In this document: one piece after another, positions 28,901-38,901 of the stretch
Numbering within the stretch: position 1 is the first letter of the stretch
How the letters are laid out: each line of letters opens with the position of its first letter
Assembly (NCBI GenBank): GCA_964493305.1
Contig: CAZBLW010000002.1
Location: 76,677-140,676 of the forward strand
Length of the DNA stretch: 64,000 nt
Direction: 5' to 3'
Origin: an uncultured Gammaproteobacteria bacterium
Lineage (GTDB): Bacteria > Patescibacteriota > Patescibacteriia > S139-126
Made by a program: the position numbers and the translations under genes
The notes under the pieces: generated by a model
Databases searched by the model: none
What the model was told of the DNA's origin: nothing
Seen by the model: only the letters and a program-made list of their open reading frames with translations

Positions 28901-31900
28901 GGCGGACATTCTATGCAAGTTGTTGGTACTAGAACTCTAAAACAAGTAAACAACCTTATCACTAAAGATAAAAATTATACTATTTCTTTTTGGGCAAGAA
29001 GTTCAGGAGCCTCTGCCAATTTATCATTTGAAATTCAAGCCTATCAGAATAATAGCATTACAAAGACAGAGAATAAGATTTGGTCATTTATAGATGCAGC
29101 TCAAGCACAAGTTATTCAGTTTATAGATCTAGTACCTGTTGCTGGTTCGCAACGAAGTTTTGGTAGTGTCAGTTTGACTGATGAATGGCAGTATTACCGA
29201 TTGGGACCAGTAAATTTTGATCGGGCGGTTAATACTTATGAGTTTTTACAAACCAATGCCACCAATGTGTATCTCGACAATATCATTATGCGGGAAGTCA
29301 CTGATAGTTATTATTTGATTGCTGATTCTTGGGAAACGCCAGCTATTTGTAATCAGCCTTTTGTCGGTGCGCAACTGGGTTGTCAGGCTTATCGTGACAC
29401 AAGAGGCAATGAAATTGATTTACTTGGTTTCACCGCTTTGTGTAGTGATTCTAAGGTTGGTTGTAAAGCGATGATTGATACCAAAAATTCCAACTCACCC
29501 TTTAGCCAGAATTTCAATACCGGCAACAATGCTTTTTCTGATCCGCAGGGGCTTGATGATGTGACAGTACCAGCTGATAATATAGTTTATTTGGTTGATG
29601 ATCAGGATAAATATTGTTCCAGTCAGTTTGCTGGTTGTACCTTAGCTGGTGAAGCTATTTTGGACCGTCAATCAGATGGCACGGTAGTTGCTTTCAACGA
29701 TAAGTTTATTATTGATAGTCCGGAAAATTACAATACCACTATGTGTGGTGTGGGTGGACTTTATTGTGAACAATATACTAGCGAACGCACTGGCGCCACC
29801 ACTTACTTAATCAACCCCGGCAATCGTACTTGCGAATATAAATTGTTACCCGGTAGAACTTCAGCCAATTGGTACCAAAGCGGTACAGAAACTCTTTGTG
29901 AACAATTACAAGATTATCCCATACAACCAATTGCAGCCACTGATCCCAATTATGATGGTTGGGTAGGTATGTGCTCATCGGAAGCCATGGGTTGTAGTCA
30001 ATATGTTGATCCTGAAGGTGATCCGGATATTACCAAGAGTTCTTATTTCTACTTAGAACAATCAGTCAACACCGCTGCTTGTAATGGCTTGGTTGATCGG
30101 GAGCGCGGTTGTCGGTTATTCAACAAACTTGACGGCACACCGCAAGCCTTTACCGCCAACGCCTATACCCCAGCTACGCCCGATGGTAGTGTACCTCTAA
30201 GCAGTCCCAATGCCGCGGAAAATAGTGCCAATATAATTTTACAAGTACAAAAAGATCGAGCTTGTGATGAGTGGTTGTATTGTAAGACAAGGATAGAATC
30301 TTATGATACTGAGGGCAACCGCGATGATAAATGTTTTGATATCGGAATTTGCGATGGCTTAAATGATAGCGGTGAGTGTAATAGTTTCCCAGTACTTCCT
30401 AATACAGAAATTGTTGGTCAGCAAATTAGTGGAGCTACTGGTTATACTAATCCCTATACTGTAGAAGATTTACGACTTATGAGTGGTTATACCAAAGCGG
30501 GTATGAGTTGGTCAGGTTTTGCCAGTGGCAATGGTACTACTCCTGGTTATTTACCATATAACTTAATGACTCAAGTCGGCAATGAAGCTAATATTTTATA
30601 CAACCCAAGTTTTGAAGAAACTATTACTACCAATCAGCCCCTGCAATCACCATTTCCTTATTGGGATACTGCTGGTTCAAATTGTAATACCAATAGTACT
30701 TGTCGAGTAATGCCTGACAGTCAATCAATATCAGGTATAAGAGCAGCAAAAATTTCAATTAATCCCAATAATGCTAGTGCAGGTAATAGTAATGTTTTCT
30801 TGAATCAACCATTGTCATTGTCACCTTCGGAATATATTTTGTCAGGTTTAATTAGGTGGGAAAATATTACCACTGGGAATAATAGCGCTGGTGCTAATAT
30901 TAGAATTTTGCAAGGTAGTAACACATTAGCTGAATTTGGACCAAGACAAGATTATAGTACGGGAGGTTGGCAGTCATTTTCTATTAAGTTTAGCAATACA
31001 GCCAATAACGTGACTATCAGGGCCGAACTATTAAATATCAGAGAAGGATCTGTATTTGTTGACGGTTTGACTATCCTACCAGCTTTGCAGGTAATGAATG
31101 CGCCAGAAACATTAGTTAGTCAGCGTTGCCGTTTGTATCCGGAAAGTTCATCGCCTGAATGTAATTATGTAAAAGGCACAAAATCATATGTTGGTTGGCC
31201 AGGTTTTTGTGCCGAAGTAGACCCGAGAAACCCCAGCTATTGTGTGAATTGGTGGCCGATTGATATTATCAAAGGTTCAGTAGCTCAAATCAACGAGCGA
31301 CCTTTGGTGTTTGGAGAAAAAGTACCTCTTTATTTTTGCGAAGTTTCGTCTGGTAATGAAAGCTCTAATCCAAATTGGGGTTTTTATGCACACAATGATT
31401 ATAAACTAAATGCTGTCAGAGGTGCTTTTGTACCTTTTTATCCATCATATGTAGGACAAAGACCTTTTATATTTGAAAATAATAGTTGCGCAAATTGGTC
31501 CGGTATACAGAATGGGGTACAATTCACCATTGGTGGTTGTTCAAGGGGTGATGGTACTAGATATATGTTTGGCGATATAAACAATACACCTGAAAATAAA
31601 TATTTTGAATATGATATAGAAAAAATAATTTTGAGGAAAACTTCAACTCGCGGCGAGTATCCTGACCGTGTAACTCTGACTAATGCACATAGATTAACTA
31701 AAGCTCAGGTAGCAGCTACTATAGATACTGCTATGGCTAACGGTATGGCTGATAATGAGTTTGCCTGGGTAGCTGATTGTGGTTATAGAGATTCACAAGA
31801 AGATAAACCAGTTCCCAATTCTTGTAGTGGTTCTGATGATTATTTAAAGTTCGGAGTAATTTTTACAAATCAAGGTCAACCACGTGCATACTTTATTTTT

Positions 31901-32977
31901 ATGGATGATTATAGTGGTTCTGGTAGTGATGCAGCTGGTTACGCAGTAGATTATTATTTACGTGAATCGTGTACTGTTTTAGCTAAAGTGGGACAAGTTG
32001 AGCCAAATGGTGATATAAATACTTATCCTTATTGGACGAGAGTTGATCAATTTAGCGGTTACAATGTAACACCCCTTGATTATAATTATATAAAGGACAG
32101 TGTGCCTTTTGGCTCAGTTTACCAAAGTGGCTTATCTCGTTATTTCCAGGATGGTTCAAATCAGTTGCAAAATGAAAACAGTCCTTCTACTTGGGACTCA
32201 CGACCAACAGAACCAGGTAATCAGCCAATTTATGTAGAAGCTGAAAATACTTTGACTATAAATGATGGATCATTAAATCCCGGACCAAATATCAGAGCTG
32301 GTACACCTTATGCTTGTTACAATGGTAGTTGTGTTGGATCTGTTTGTGTGGGTGGATCTAGAGAGGGTACTTTATGTATTGATGATGAAACTGCTAAGAG
32401 TTGTTATATGGGCGATGGTTTGAATACTGGTATTTGTGTTGGTTCTTGGCAAACACCAAATCCAATGCCCAATACTGATACAGTATCGGCTAGAAATAGT
32501 TTGAGTCAATTGTTTATCAGGTCACTTGCTGAGTATCGATGGCAATTTGAAAATGGCGCTTGGCGTTATGTGGAAGTGGTTGGAGGGGGATGGAATAATA
32601 TTGGCGCCAGTGTGTTACCACAGATTGGAAATATTTTAATAAATAATACTTCCTCGACAGTCAGTTTGCCAGATGGTGGTACAGTCAAACTTAGTTTCAC
32701 TACCAATATCGCCAATGACCAACTGCCTTTGCGGAGTTACAACATCAATTGGGGCGATGGTTCAGCCAATACTACAGTTCAAGGTTATTTCAATGAACGA
32801 CCTAGTGCAGGTGATCCTCATATTTTGTATCATTCATATACTGGCACCACTAATCCATCGGTTAATTATAATATTACTATCCAAGTGATGGATAATTGGG
32901 GATATGGTGCTACGCCACAAAGATATGGTCAAGGTGTCTTCAATAACGCAGTTTGTGTTGGCGCCAGCTGTCCGTAA
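25907..32977 (+). CDS. Giant secreted Cys-rich surface protein (2356 aa) with reiterated 'GC(K/S/E)xY/F' modules and a C-terminal PKD-like domain
   Basis: N-terminal signal/TM segment. More than 70 cysteines in periodic motifs (GCRWYS, GCNKFI, GCSLYT, GCEQFT, GCKEYR, GCQAYR, GCKAMI, GCTLAG, GCSQYV, GCRLFN). C-terminal ...YNINWGDGSANTTVQGYF...HSYTGTTNPSVNYNITIQVMDNWG resembles PKD. Confidence 0.6.
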   Translation: MPKNKLAKHQKKFKVRSLFLVISLFFVLAGFSLPIKNIFAIGIPAPTPTIELVSKPQIEVSIGEKIWFFVERAAKIVYKNALDYFLQRMAYDTATWLATGDKGQKPLYWEEGIGAYIRGIGDEAIGKGLDELAQGTFGVSLCEPYNANIKLQLILQTKQAFEPQRATCTFNDILKTKLLNVSVNGQKPDLRLLDRENFHLLAQYFNPNSNELGAQFILYSNISTKRAEDEKMATLIRSIEADVKSLKSPIGDLGFEGIKTPALDIKNWLGATAEKSVDSGWTTLTGDIAADALRTFTNTLASKFLQRLQKGVLSGKGGATGGGPRDFASSYATRGADTSYAEFIIPSFRGGGSIDVLGKLSSCPPENQARLFDNCIIDSRLATAIDQGLTVRQAMEQGYLDANKPFGFLADGSEPSYTNGYPYRSLVFMRKYRIIPVTWELAALYIKDINTTNDTFTLAQIMGTPGDNFQAFSSSTSPFYHLIDPNWVLKLPEYECRIEGPGPQVTQRINVQAEVADGFGGTITVNEESLQRSDYCADEQTCIAQNPNGTCQKYGYCTKERSTWNFQGQACSPQFATCETYANSKGDKSSYLAATLETCDASQVGCRWYSMYKTPSDFWADDIWNQVANTFGSDNQITFGDVYNRTDLGDISYARYFNNQIKTCTAKDEGCNKFIELTNISAPDGYEATTQSIFQYVQNNQGVYAEAGILNSYGEWGLVQEKNMKAAPSYLNCPTDINDPNRDSRCDNYAQSCTAAEVGCSLYTPINGDPPVPAVLGNNDYCSASCVGYDQYLEVPTYFERRANPVASPVIENIIPASATSCRLSDVGCEQFTNLDEVAQGGEGIRYFSFIRECILPNDPAAKVFYTWEGSDTSGYQLKTWRLQSAGGGAPTGDSCDPADDPLNCRTFIDAEGTSWSRDIMTVTYATDDCHPLRRTVDSSVIYGIESFSRSCRAEAVGCKEYRGNQGNVVTIVVNDDFESGTSEGWINGFNSSESVYVGGHSMQVVGTRTLKQVNNLITKDKNYTISFWARSSGASANLSFEIQAYQNNSITKTENKIWSFIDAAQAQVIQFIDLVPVAGSQRSFGSVSLTDEWQYYRLGPVNFDRAVNTYEFLQTNATNVYLDNIIMREVTDSYYLIADSWETPAICNQPFVGAQLGCQAYRDTRGNEIDLLGFTALCSDSKVGCKAMIDTKNSNSPFSQNFNTGNNAFSDPQGLDDVTVPADNIVYLVDDQDKYCSSQFAGCTLAGEAILDRQSDGTVVAFNDKFIIDSPENYNTTMCGVGGLYCEQYTSERTGATTYLINPGNRTCEYKLLPGRTSANWYQSGTETLCEQLQDYPIQPIAATDPNYDGWVGMCSSEAMGCSQYVDPEGDPDITKSSYFYLEQSVNTAACNGLVDRERGCRLFNKLDGTPQAFTANAYTPATPDGSVPLSSPNAAENSANIILQVQKDRACDEWLYCKTRIESYDTEGNRDDKCFDIGICDGLNDSGECNSFPVLPNTEIVGQQISGATGYTNPYTVEDLRLMSGYTKAGMSWSGFASGNGTTPGYLPYNLMTQVGNEANILYNPSFEETITTNQPLQSPFPYWDTAGSNCNTNSTCRVMPDSQSISGIRAAKISINPNNASAGNSNVFLNQPLSLSPSEYILSGLIRWENITTGNNSAGANIRILQGSNTLAEFGPRQDYSTGGWQSFSIKFSNTANNVTIRAELLNIREGSVFVDGLTILPALQVMNAPETLVSQRCRLYPESSSPECNYVKGTKSYVGWPGFCAEVDPRNPSYCVNWWPIDIIKGSVAQINERPLVFGEKVPLYFCEVSSGNESSNPNWGFYAHNDYKLNAVRGAFVPFYPSYVGQRPFIFENNSCANWSGIQNGVQFTIGGCSRGDGTRYMFGDINNTPENKYFEYDIEKIILRKTSTRGEYPDRVTLTNAHRLTKAQVAATIDTAMANGMADNEFAWVADCGYRDSQEDKPVPNSCSGSDDYLKFGVIFTNQGQPRAYFIFMDDYSGSGSDAAGYAVDYYLRESCTVLAKVGQVEPNGDINTYPYWTRVDQFSGYNVTPLDYNYIKDSVPFGSVYQSGLSRYFQDGSNQLQNENSPSTWDSRPTEPGNQPIYVEAENTLTINDGSLNPGPNIRAGTPYACYNGSCVGSVCVGGSREGTLCIDDETAKSCYMGDGLNTGICVGSWQTPNPMPNTDTVSARNSLSQLFIRSLAEYRWQFENGAWRYVEVVGGGWNNIGASVLPQIGNILINNTSSTVSLPDGGTVKLSFTTNIANDQLPLRSYNINWGDGSANTTVQGYFNERPSAGDPHILYHSYTGTTNPSVNYNITIQVMDNWGYGATPQRYGQGVFNNAVCVGASCP

Positions 32978-33000
32978 AACTCCTTATATTATTTTGAAAT

Positions 33001-33038
33001 AACAGGTAAAAATTTAAATTTTTACCTGTTTTGTTTTT
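33001..33038 (+). terminator. Rho-independent terminator after the giant gene
   Basis: Perfect 15-bp palindrome aacaggtaaaaattt/aaatttttacctgtt followed by ttgttttt. Confidence 0.65.
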
Positions 33039-33063
33039 ATGGGTTTTTATGGTATAATTTATT

Positions 33064-35838
33064 ATGAAATATATTTTATTCATGCCCAAAAAATTTAGGC
33101 AATTGATAATAAATAAAACCACTTTTGTCAGCCTGACTTTGTTATTAATAACAGTAGGTGTGTTTTTTGTTTTTCAGGGTGCCAATGCATCTGATTTTTT
33201 TAGTGCTGTATTTGCTGGTGTTACTGATCCAATAGGTTTCTTGGGGAAACTTTTGTTGGGTTTATTTTTAATCATTATTCAGTTTTTAGGAGTACTTTTT
33301 GTGTTTTTCGTGGGCATAATGATTGATATTGCTCAGTTTAATACCTTCATCAATATGCCCATGGTAGTTACTGGTTGGGGCTTAGCCAGAGATGTGGCTA
33401 ATATGTTTTTTATTGTAGTTCTCTTGATAATCGCTTTTTCTACTGTACTTAAGATAAGTTCTTACCATTATCAAAAAACATTGACCAAGTTGTTGATCAT
33501 GGCAATTTTGGTAAATTTTTCCAAGCTCATTGCCGGATTTTTGATAGATTTTTTTCAAGTGGTAATGTTGACTTTCGTCAACGGATTTAAAGATGTAGCC
33601 GGAGGTAATTTAGCACAAGGTTTTGGTATTTATGAAATGCTATCCCAAGCACCTGGTATTACTGATTCCAGCTCTTTGCAAGGGGGTTTTGTAGTAGCTG
33701 GTGCTTTAGCAGTAGTGATGATATTAGTTGCTGATATGGTGATACTAGTAATGATCGCGGTGTTATTATGGCGTATTGCTATGTTGTGGGTATTGGTGAT
33801 CATTTCACCACTGGCTTATTTGTCTTATGCCTTTATGCCCAAATATTGGTCACAGTGGTGGCAAATGTTTTTTCAGCATTTAATTTCTGGCCCAGTAATA
33901 GCTTTCTTTTTATGGTTGGCATTACTTACGATGCAACAAGGAGAGGTAGCTAATCAATTTTCATCTAAAGGAACGGGCGAATTACAAAGTGAAATGTCTA
34001 GAATCATCCCTTCTAATGTTGACCAAAGCGTACTTTTAAATTATATGGTGGTCATGGCTTTATTGTTGGGAGGACTAGCAATTTCGCAAAAAGTAGCCGC
34101 TCAATCCGGTGGCGCAGTTGGCAATTTTGCTCAACGCGTGCAAAAAGTAGGTAACAAAGCAGCTTTGATTGGCACAGGTGTAGCCGCTGCTGGTTGGGCT
34201 TTGAAAAAAGCCCCAGGGTATTTAAACGAAAGGCAAGCTGCAATTACTGGCATTTCTTTGAATTACAAAGATTGGAAACAATCATATGATACATCCAGAA
34301 CAAGAACCAAACGGAAAAGAATGTCTAAGGCTTTGGGAAATATTGATGAAATTACCGAGCGAGGTATAGCCAATACGGTAATGGATAGGGTATTTTTACG
34401 TAGAACTAGATCTGGTTGGGCAGCTCGTGATGCATCAGATGCTAAAAAAGAGATAGAAGGTTTGGAAGCAAGAATAGCTACACCAAACTTAGGAAAACAA
34501 TACCGTCGTGAATTAGAAACAAATTTGGCGACCAATAAAACAGAATTGGAAAAAATAAATACAGAGCAAGGCGACTTTGAAAAAACGAGAAAAGAAGAAT
34601 GGGATAAGATTTATCAAGAAAATCAAAATCAGGGTGATTGGGACGAAAGAAAAGCCAAGACCGCATTTGATAGTGAAACAGACAATCAGAGTAGGGAGAG
34701 ATTAGATCGGAGAAATTTATTATCTGAAGAGAATAAAGAAATAGAAACACTATTGAGTGAAGACGATGAGACTTTGGCCAAAAGAAAACAAACTGAAATT
34801 AGAGAAAATATTACTGAGTTAGAAAAAGAATTAAAAGTAAAAATAAATGCCAAAGCCCCAGAAGCTGAGATAGACAAAATCAGAGACCAGATAGCTGGTT
34901 TGGAGGCAAATTTACAATTAAAACCTTTGAGTTCTGAAGATATTGCTACTATGAGAGAAAAGATTGATGAATTAAGAAGCTACAGTCTCCAACAAGATAT
35001 GAAAAAAACAAAATTAATGCCCGAGACTGGATATTGGCGAGCAGCCAGAGCTAGAGAAACAGCAGCTGAGGAATATAAAAAAGTGCAGTTTGAAGAAAAT
35101 TCTGATGTTTTGGTTGAATCTTTGAAAAAAGCAGTATTGGATAAAGATCGTCCACGCATCGAGGCTATTACTATGAAATTAGCTAAAGATGGAAATTTCA
35201 ATGAAGCTTTATTGAGTTATGGTTATGGAGACGGTAAGGATGGCATGGGTTCAACGAAGAAATTTTTTGAAGAAATTGTTAAAGGTAAAGCTGGTTTTAG
35301 TGATCAAGATATGCATCGTCTGGCTAGTGATGTTTCATATAATTGTGAAAGTGTAAATCATTGGAATCAAGCTAGAATTAATACTAAAGAAAACGGAAAG
35401 TATAAATGGTTTAGCGAAGCTGAACATTCATTGGCAGCTGTTACTGAAATGGAAAAGAAACACCAGCAAATGCAAGCGAGGAGTTTTGGTAGATTGGCAG
35501 TAGGAGGAGAAGAGTATAATCCAAAAACGGGTAAAATGGAATATGGTCTTAGTCCGTTGGGCGCTATGTATTATAAAAGAAATGGTATGGATTTATTTGC
35601 CAATGATCCAAAGAATATTCAAACTAGCACCATAGTCAATTTATATAAATCTGAGATTGAAAGAAATGAATTAAGTCAGATGGAAATGAGGGGTTTATTA
35701 CCAAATGGTTTTGTAGACAAACTTAAAGAATTGGTTAAAACGAGAAAGTTAGATAAATTAGATGATACAGTCAAGGCAAGCGTAGAAGATTACGAAAGAG
35801 CTGTCAGTGAAATGAATAATATGCGTAATATTTCATAA
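33064..35838 (+). CDS. VirB6/TrbL-like polytopic membrane protein with a long charged coiled-coil C-terminal domain (putative T4SS channel component)
   Basis: About eight TM helices in the first 330 aa, then Lys/Glu-rich coiled coil. TATAAT lies 5 nt before the ATG, so the transcript looks leaderless. It is located with VirB4 and PrgI-like genes. Confidence 0.45.
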   Translation: MKYILFMPKKFRQLIINKTTFVSLTLLLITVGVFFVFQGANASDFFSAVFAGVTDPIGFLGKLLLGLFLIIIQFLGVLFVFFVGIMIDIAQFNTFINMPMVVTGWGLARDVANMFFIVVLLIIAFSTVLKISSYHYQKTLTKLLIMAILVNFSKLIAGFLIDFFQVVMLTFVNGFKDVAGGNLAQGFGIYEMLSQAPGITDSSSLQGGFVVAGALAVVMILVADMVILVMIAVLLWRIAMLWVLVIISPLAYLSYAFMPKYWSQWWQMFFQHLISGPVIAFFLWLALLTMQQGEVANQFSSKGTGELQSEMSRIIPSNVDQSVLLNYMVVMALLLGGLAISQKVAAQSGGAVGNFAQRVQKVGNKAALIGTGVAAAGWALKKAPGYLNERQAAITGISLNYKDWKQSYDTSRTRTKRKRMSKALGNIDEITERGIANTVMDRVFLRRTRSGWAARDASDAKKEIEGLEARIATPNLGKQYRRELETNLATNKTELEKINTEQGDFEKTRKEEWDKIYQENQNQGDWDERKAKTAFDSETDNQSRERLDRRNLLSEENKEIETLLSEDDETLAKRKQTEIRENITELEKELKVKINAKAPEAEIDKIRDQIAGLEANLQLKPLSSEDIATMREKIDELRSYSLQQDMKKTKLMPETGYWRAARARETAAEEYKKVQFEENSDVLVESLKKAVLDKDRPRIEAITMKLAKDGNFNEALLSYGYGDGKDGMGSTKKFFEEIVKGKAGFSDQDMHRLASDVSYNCESVNHWNQARINTKENGKYKWFSEAEHSLAAVTEMEKKHQQMQARSFGRLAVGGEEYNPKTGKMEYGLSPLGAMYYKRNGMDLFANDPKNIQTSTIVNLYKSEIERNELSQMEMRGLLPNGFVDKLKELVKTRKLDKLDDTVKASVEDYERAVSEMNNMRNIS

Positions 35839-35843
35839 TTTTT

Positions 35844-37196
35844 ATGCCTGTAGAAAATAAATTAATCAACTTAGCAAGCACGGAAGTTTATCAAGCTCTT
35901 ACAATACATTTACAAAATGTAGTTGATGAGTGGCAGTTTGAAGAAGCAGAAAAATTTAGAATATTTTTTCAATTTTATCTAGAAAATAATCCAGATTTTG
36001 AAAAAAAATACCCCAATGAATTTAAAACCTACAATAATTTTTTTATTAAAACAAATTTTTTAACCTTAAATCAACTAGCTTTACCAGAGTTGGTAGTTTT
36101 TATGAAAGATCATTGGGTAGAGCAGTATGATATACCGTTTTATACCGACAGCCAAGCGACGATCTTTTTTGATTTATTTGATGCTTGTTTAATGGGCGAG
36201 TTGATATATGAAGAAAGGGATGAGTGGAAGAAAAAAATTGTTCAATCTTTAAGAAGTAATAGTCAAGTTTTTTTTGTAGCTAGTAAAGGAATAAATTTGC
36301 CAGATAATAGAGTGTCAGTAGCAGAATTAATGGTTAATTTTGAAAATCAACTAGTAAATAAAGATTTTGGTGTTGTTGCAATTACCAACTATCTTGATAA
36401 AGCCCAAAAAGAATTTGGTTTTGATGAATTGGTAAGAAATAAAATTGGTCATTTACTTAAATTTTATAAAGTACTAAATACTTCCTCCATGGATGCGGAA
36501 GGCGTAGAAGAAGTTATGCTGTATATTGATGAAGCTGACAATAAATTGAAAGTATTGAAAAAGGGTGTTATTGAAGAGATTAGAATGGATAAAATAAGCG
36601 AGTTTGAAAAAAGTATCAAGCAAATTTTTGAAATCAGAAATCAAACTGCAGATCAGCCCATCAAAGAGAAAGAATTTAGTTATCAAGCATTGATGCAGTC
36701 CTATAATTTAAATAAATTTTCCTGGCAGAAAATAGTATTGGAAGCGGATAATTTAATTGATTACAATAAAAAAACATTGGAGTTTAAAAATAGTTTTCAT
36801 CAAGCTATCAATGATAAAAATAATATAATATTAATCGCTCATTTATTGGTATTGGCCAGAAATGGATACTTAGATGAAATTTTTGAACGTGATGATAAGA
36901 TAAAAGAGATATTTAAAAAACATTTAGCTAAAAAGTTTACGGAAAAAATTGCTGATCATTTTGAAAAAAATTTACGCGAGCCGGTTTATTTATCTTATTT
37001 CTTACAGCACATTTTAAAAGATATTCTTAAACTTGATGAAAATGAATCAGCGGTATTGGCGATAAAATTGGTCAATGAGTTAAAACGCGCGGGTGATAAA
37101 CAGTATTTACCGATAGCTTATGGAGACATGAAATCAGGGATGTTTAAATGGAAAGGAATAATTGATAAAGGTGATAGGTTGGAGCTAGCGGATTAA
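35844..37196 (+). CDS. Hypothetical cytoplasmic protein (450 aa) in the T4SS-like locus
   Basis: No TM helices and no nucleotide-binding motif. Translationally coupled to the upstream gene (5-nt gap). Confidence 0.4.
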   Translation: MPVENKLINLASTEVYQALTIHLQNVVDEWQFEEAEKFRIFFQFYLENNPDFEKKYPNEFKTYNNFFIKTNFLTLNQLALPELVVFMKDHWVEQYDIPFYTDSQATIFFDLFDACLMGELIYEERDEWKKKIVQSLRSNSQVFFVASKGINLPDNRVSVAELMVNFENQLVNKDFGVVAITNYLDKAQKEFGFDELVRNKIGHLLKFYKVLNTSSMDAEGVEEVMLYIDEADNKLKVLKKGVIEEIRMDKISEFEKSIKQIFEIRNQTADQPIKEKEFSYQALMQSYNLNKFSWQKIVLEADNLIDYNKKTLEFKNSFHQAINDKNNIILIAHLLVLARNGYLDEIFERDDKIKEIFKKHLAKKFTEKIADHFEKNLREPVYLSYFLQHILKDILKLDENESAVLAIKLVNELKRAGDKQYLPIAYGDMKSGMFKWKGIIDKGDRLELAD

Positions 37197-37324
37197 AAAT
37201 AAAAATTATAAATTATCAATTTTAAATTTTAAATGAATTATAAAATTATTAAATTTTAAAATTGATTAATAATTGATAATTTAAAATTAATAATTATTTA
37301 AATTTATCTGCTATAATAACTAGT
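37197..37324. repeat. AT-rich palindromic intergenic repeat (ttatcaattttaaat / aaattttaaaattgattaataattgataa)
   Basis: Inverted repeats of attgataat/attatcaat and aattttaaatttt units. It ends in TATAAT, 7 nt before the next ATG. Confidence 0.5.
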
Positions 37325-38500
37325 ATGGAAGAACAAATACCAAAAAATATAAATGAAGAAAAATTAGATCTTGATGTTTCTGATGAAATTGTAGTCAAAG
37401 ATGAACAAGGTAATTTTCGAGTTTTAATCGGTGGTAGGTTGGAAGATTTACCAGCCGGTTTTGAAGTAGTAGAGAAAAAACCAACCGCGCCATCTAGTGA
37501 ATTATTTACCCAAGAAGGTTTAGTTAGCGAAGAAGAGTCAGCTGAACAATTAATGCCACCACCTCCGACTATTTGGCAAAAACAAGCTGGAGCGGCATTT
37601 TATTTTCATCCTGATGATGAAGAAGAAGTCAATCAAATTGCCGCAGACAAAGGTCTGGAAGCAAAAATTGATTTAGATCCAGCGGTTGATGAAATTATTA
37701 CCTTGAGTGGCGTCAGGCTTGCCAGTGAAAACAGCACAAAAAAAGTAAAAAATATCTTACTTGCCCGACTGAAACATGTTAGAGAGCAGGCAGAAACCAG
37801 AGATGCTCTGACTAGGTCAATGGCTGAAGGTGGAGCTGGTTTAAGTGAATCTGAAGCTGATGTTCTGATGTCTTTAGTGACGGAAAAAATTGAACAAATT
37901 GAAGCTGGTAAATATTCGCCACCAGCATCTTCGGAACTGGATAATTTAATAAAACAAGCTGACGATGTTTATAAATTCAATGAAGCAGATCAAGGACCGC
38001 ATGATAGATTGGCTGACACTTTAGCTCAAGTTAAACCAGAATTTACCCACCAACCCCAATGGCAAGAACCGGAGATAAAACAAGCTCCTAGTGAAATAAT
38101 AAATCCACCCCGTCCCAAAAGACCAATTCCAACAGATGTGAGACCAAGAGTGAGTGATGTTAGACCTATAGAAAGGGTGCGGGGACCGATTGAAGAGTTG
38201 AAATATATGAATTTAGCTGAGCTTCATCGTATCGGCACCAGTGCTTTGGATAATATTAGTCATATCAAGGATAAGATTGATGCACTAGAAGAAGAATCTT
38301 TCAACAAGAAAGTTGAAGGTATCAAAGCTTGGCGCCAATCACCACTTTATAATATGTATTTGGATATTGGCCGACAAAGTATGGAACAGGGAAAATCAAT
38401 CAGCCAAGTGATTAGAGAGCGAGAGCAGTTGGGCGAGGATATTTTATCAGTACAAGAGTTTGAAAAAATATCGGATTTGAATCAAGAGTTGAGGTATTAG
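37325..38500 (+). CDS. Acidic hypothetical protein (391 aa)
   Basis: Glu/Asp-rich with predicted coiled coil. Its stop codon is donated by the downstream palindromic repeat. Confidence 0.4.
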   Translation: MEEQIPKNINEEKLDLDVSDEIVVKDEQGNFRVLIGGRLEDLPAGFEVVEKKPTAPSSELFTQEGLVSEEESAEQLMPPPPTIWQKQAGAAFYFHPDDEEEVNQIAADKGLEAKIDLDPAVDEIITLSGVRLASENSTKKVKNILLARLKHVREQAETRDALTRSMAEGGAGLSESEADVLMSLVTEKIEQIEAGKYSPPASSELDNLIKQADDVYKFNEADQGPHDRLADTLAQVKPEFTHQPQWQEPEIKQAPSEIINPPRPKRPIPTDVRPRVSDVRPIERVRGPIEELKYMNLAELHRIGTSALDNISHIKDKIDALEEESFNKKVEGIKAWRQSPLYNMYLDIGRQSMEQGKSISQVIREREQLGEDILSVQEFEKISDLNQELRY

Positions 38501-38529
38501 CTTATGGCTTATGGCTTTTAGCTTTTAGG
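38497..38529. repeat. REP-like repeat, left-arm type (TTAGCTTATGGCTT...TTAGCTTTTAGG)
   Basis: A member of the 'agcttatagctt' family. It pairs with 38881-38917 on the other side of the four-helix-bundle gene. Confidence 0.55.
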
Positions 38530-38538
38530 TAGAAGAAA

Positions 38539-38901
38539 ATGGTAGAATCATATAAAGAATTGATAGTTTGGCAAAAAGGAATGGATTTAGTAGTTGCCAC
38601 ATATAAATTAATTGGTAAATTTCCTAAAGAAGAAATATTTGGATTGTCGATGCAGATGAAAAGGTCAGCAGTTTCAATCTCATCCAATATAGCTGAAGGC
38701 AGAAATAGAGGTACTAGAAAAGATTTTATTTATTTTTTAAGAATAGCATACGGATCTGGAGCTGAGTTGGAAACACAAATCGAGTTATCAAAAAGATTAT
38801 TTAATATAACATCAGAGAGTTATGCTGAAGTAGACGAGTTATTAATAGAAGTGATGAAAATGCTTAATAAAATGATAGCTAAGCTACAAGCTAATAACTA
38901 A
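38539..38901 (+). CDS. Four-helix-bundle protein ('23S rRNA intervening-sequence protein' family)
   Basis: MVESYKELIVWQKGMDLVVATYKLIGKFPKEE...SSNIAEG...FLRIAYGSGAELETQIELSKRL is characteristic of this family. The gene is embedded between inverted REP-like arms. Confidence 0.7.
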   Translation: MVESYKELIVWQKGMDLVVATYKLIGKFPKEEIFGLSMQMKRSAVSISSNIAEGRNRGTRKDFIYFLRIAYGSGAELETQIELSKRLFNITSESYAEVDELLIEVMKMLNKMIAKLQANN

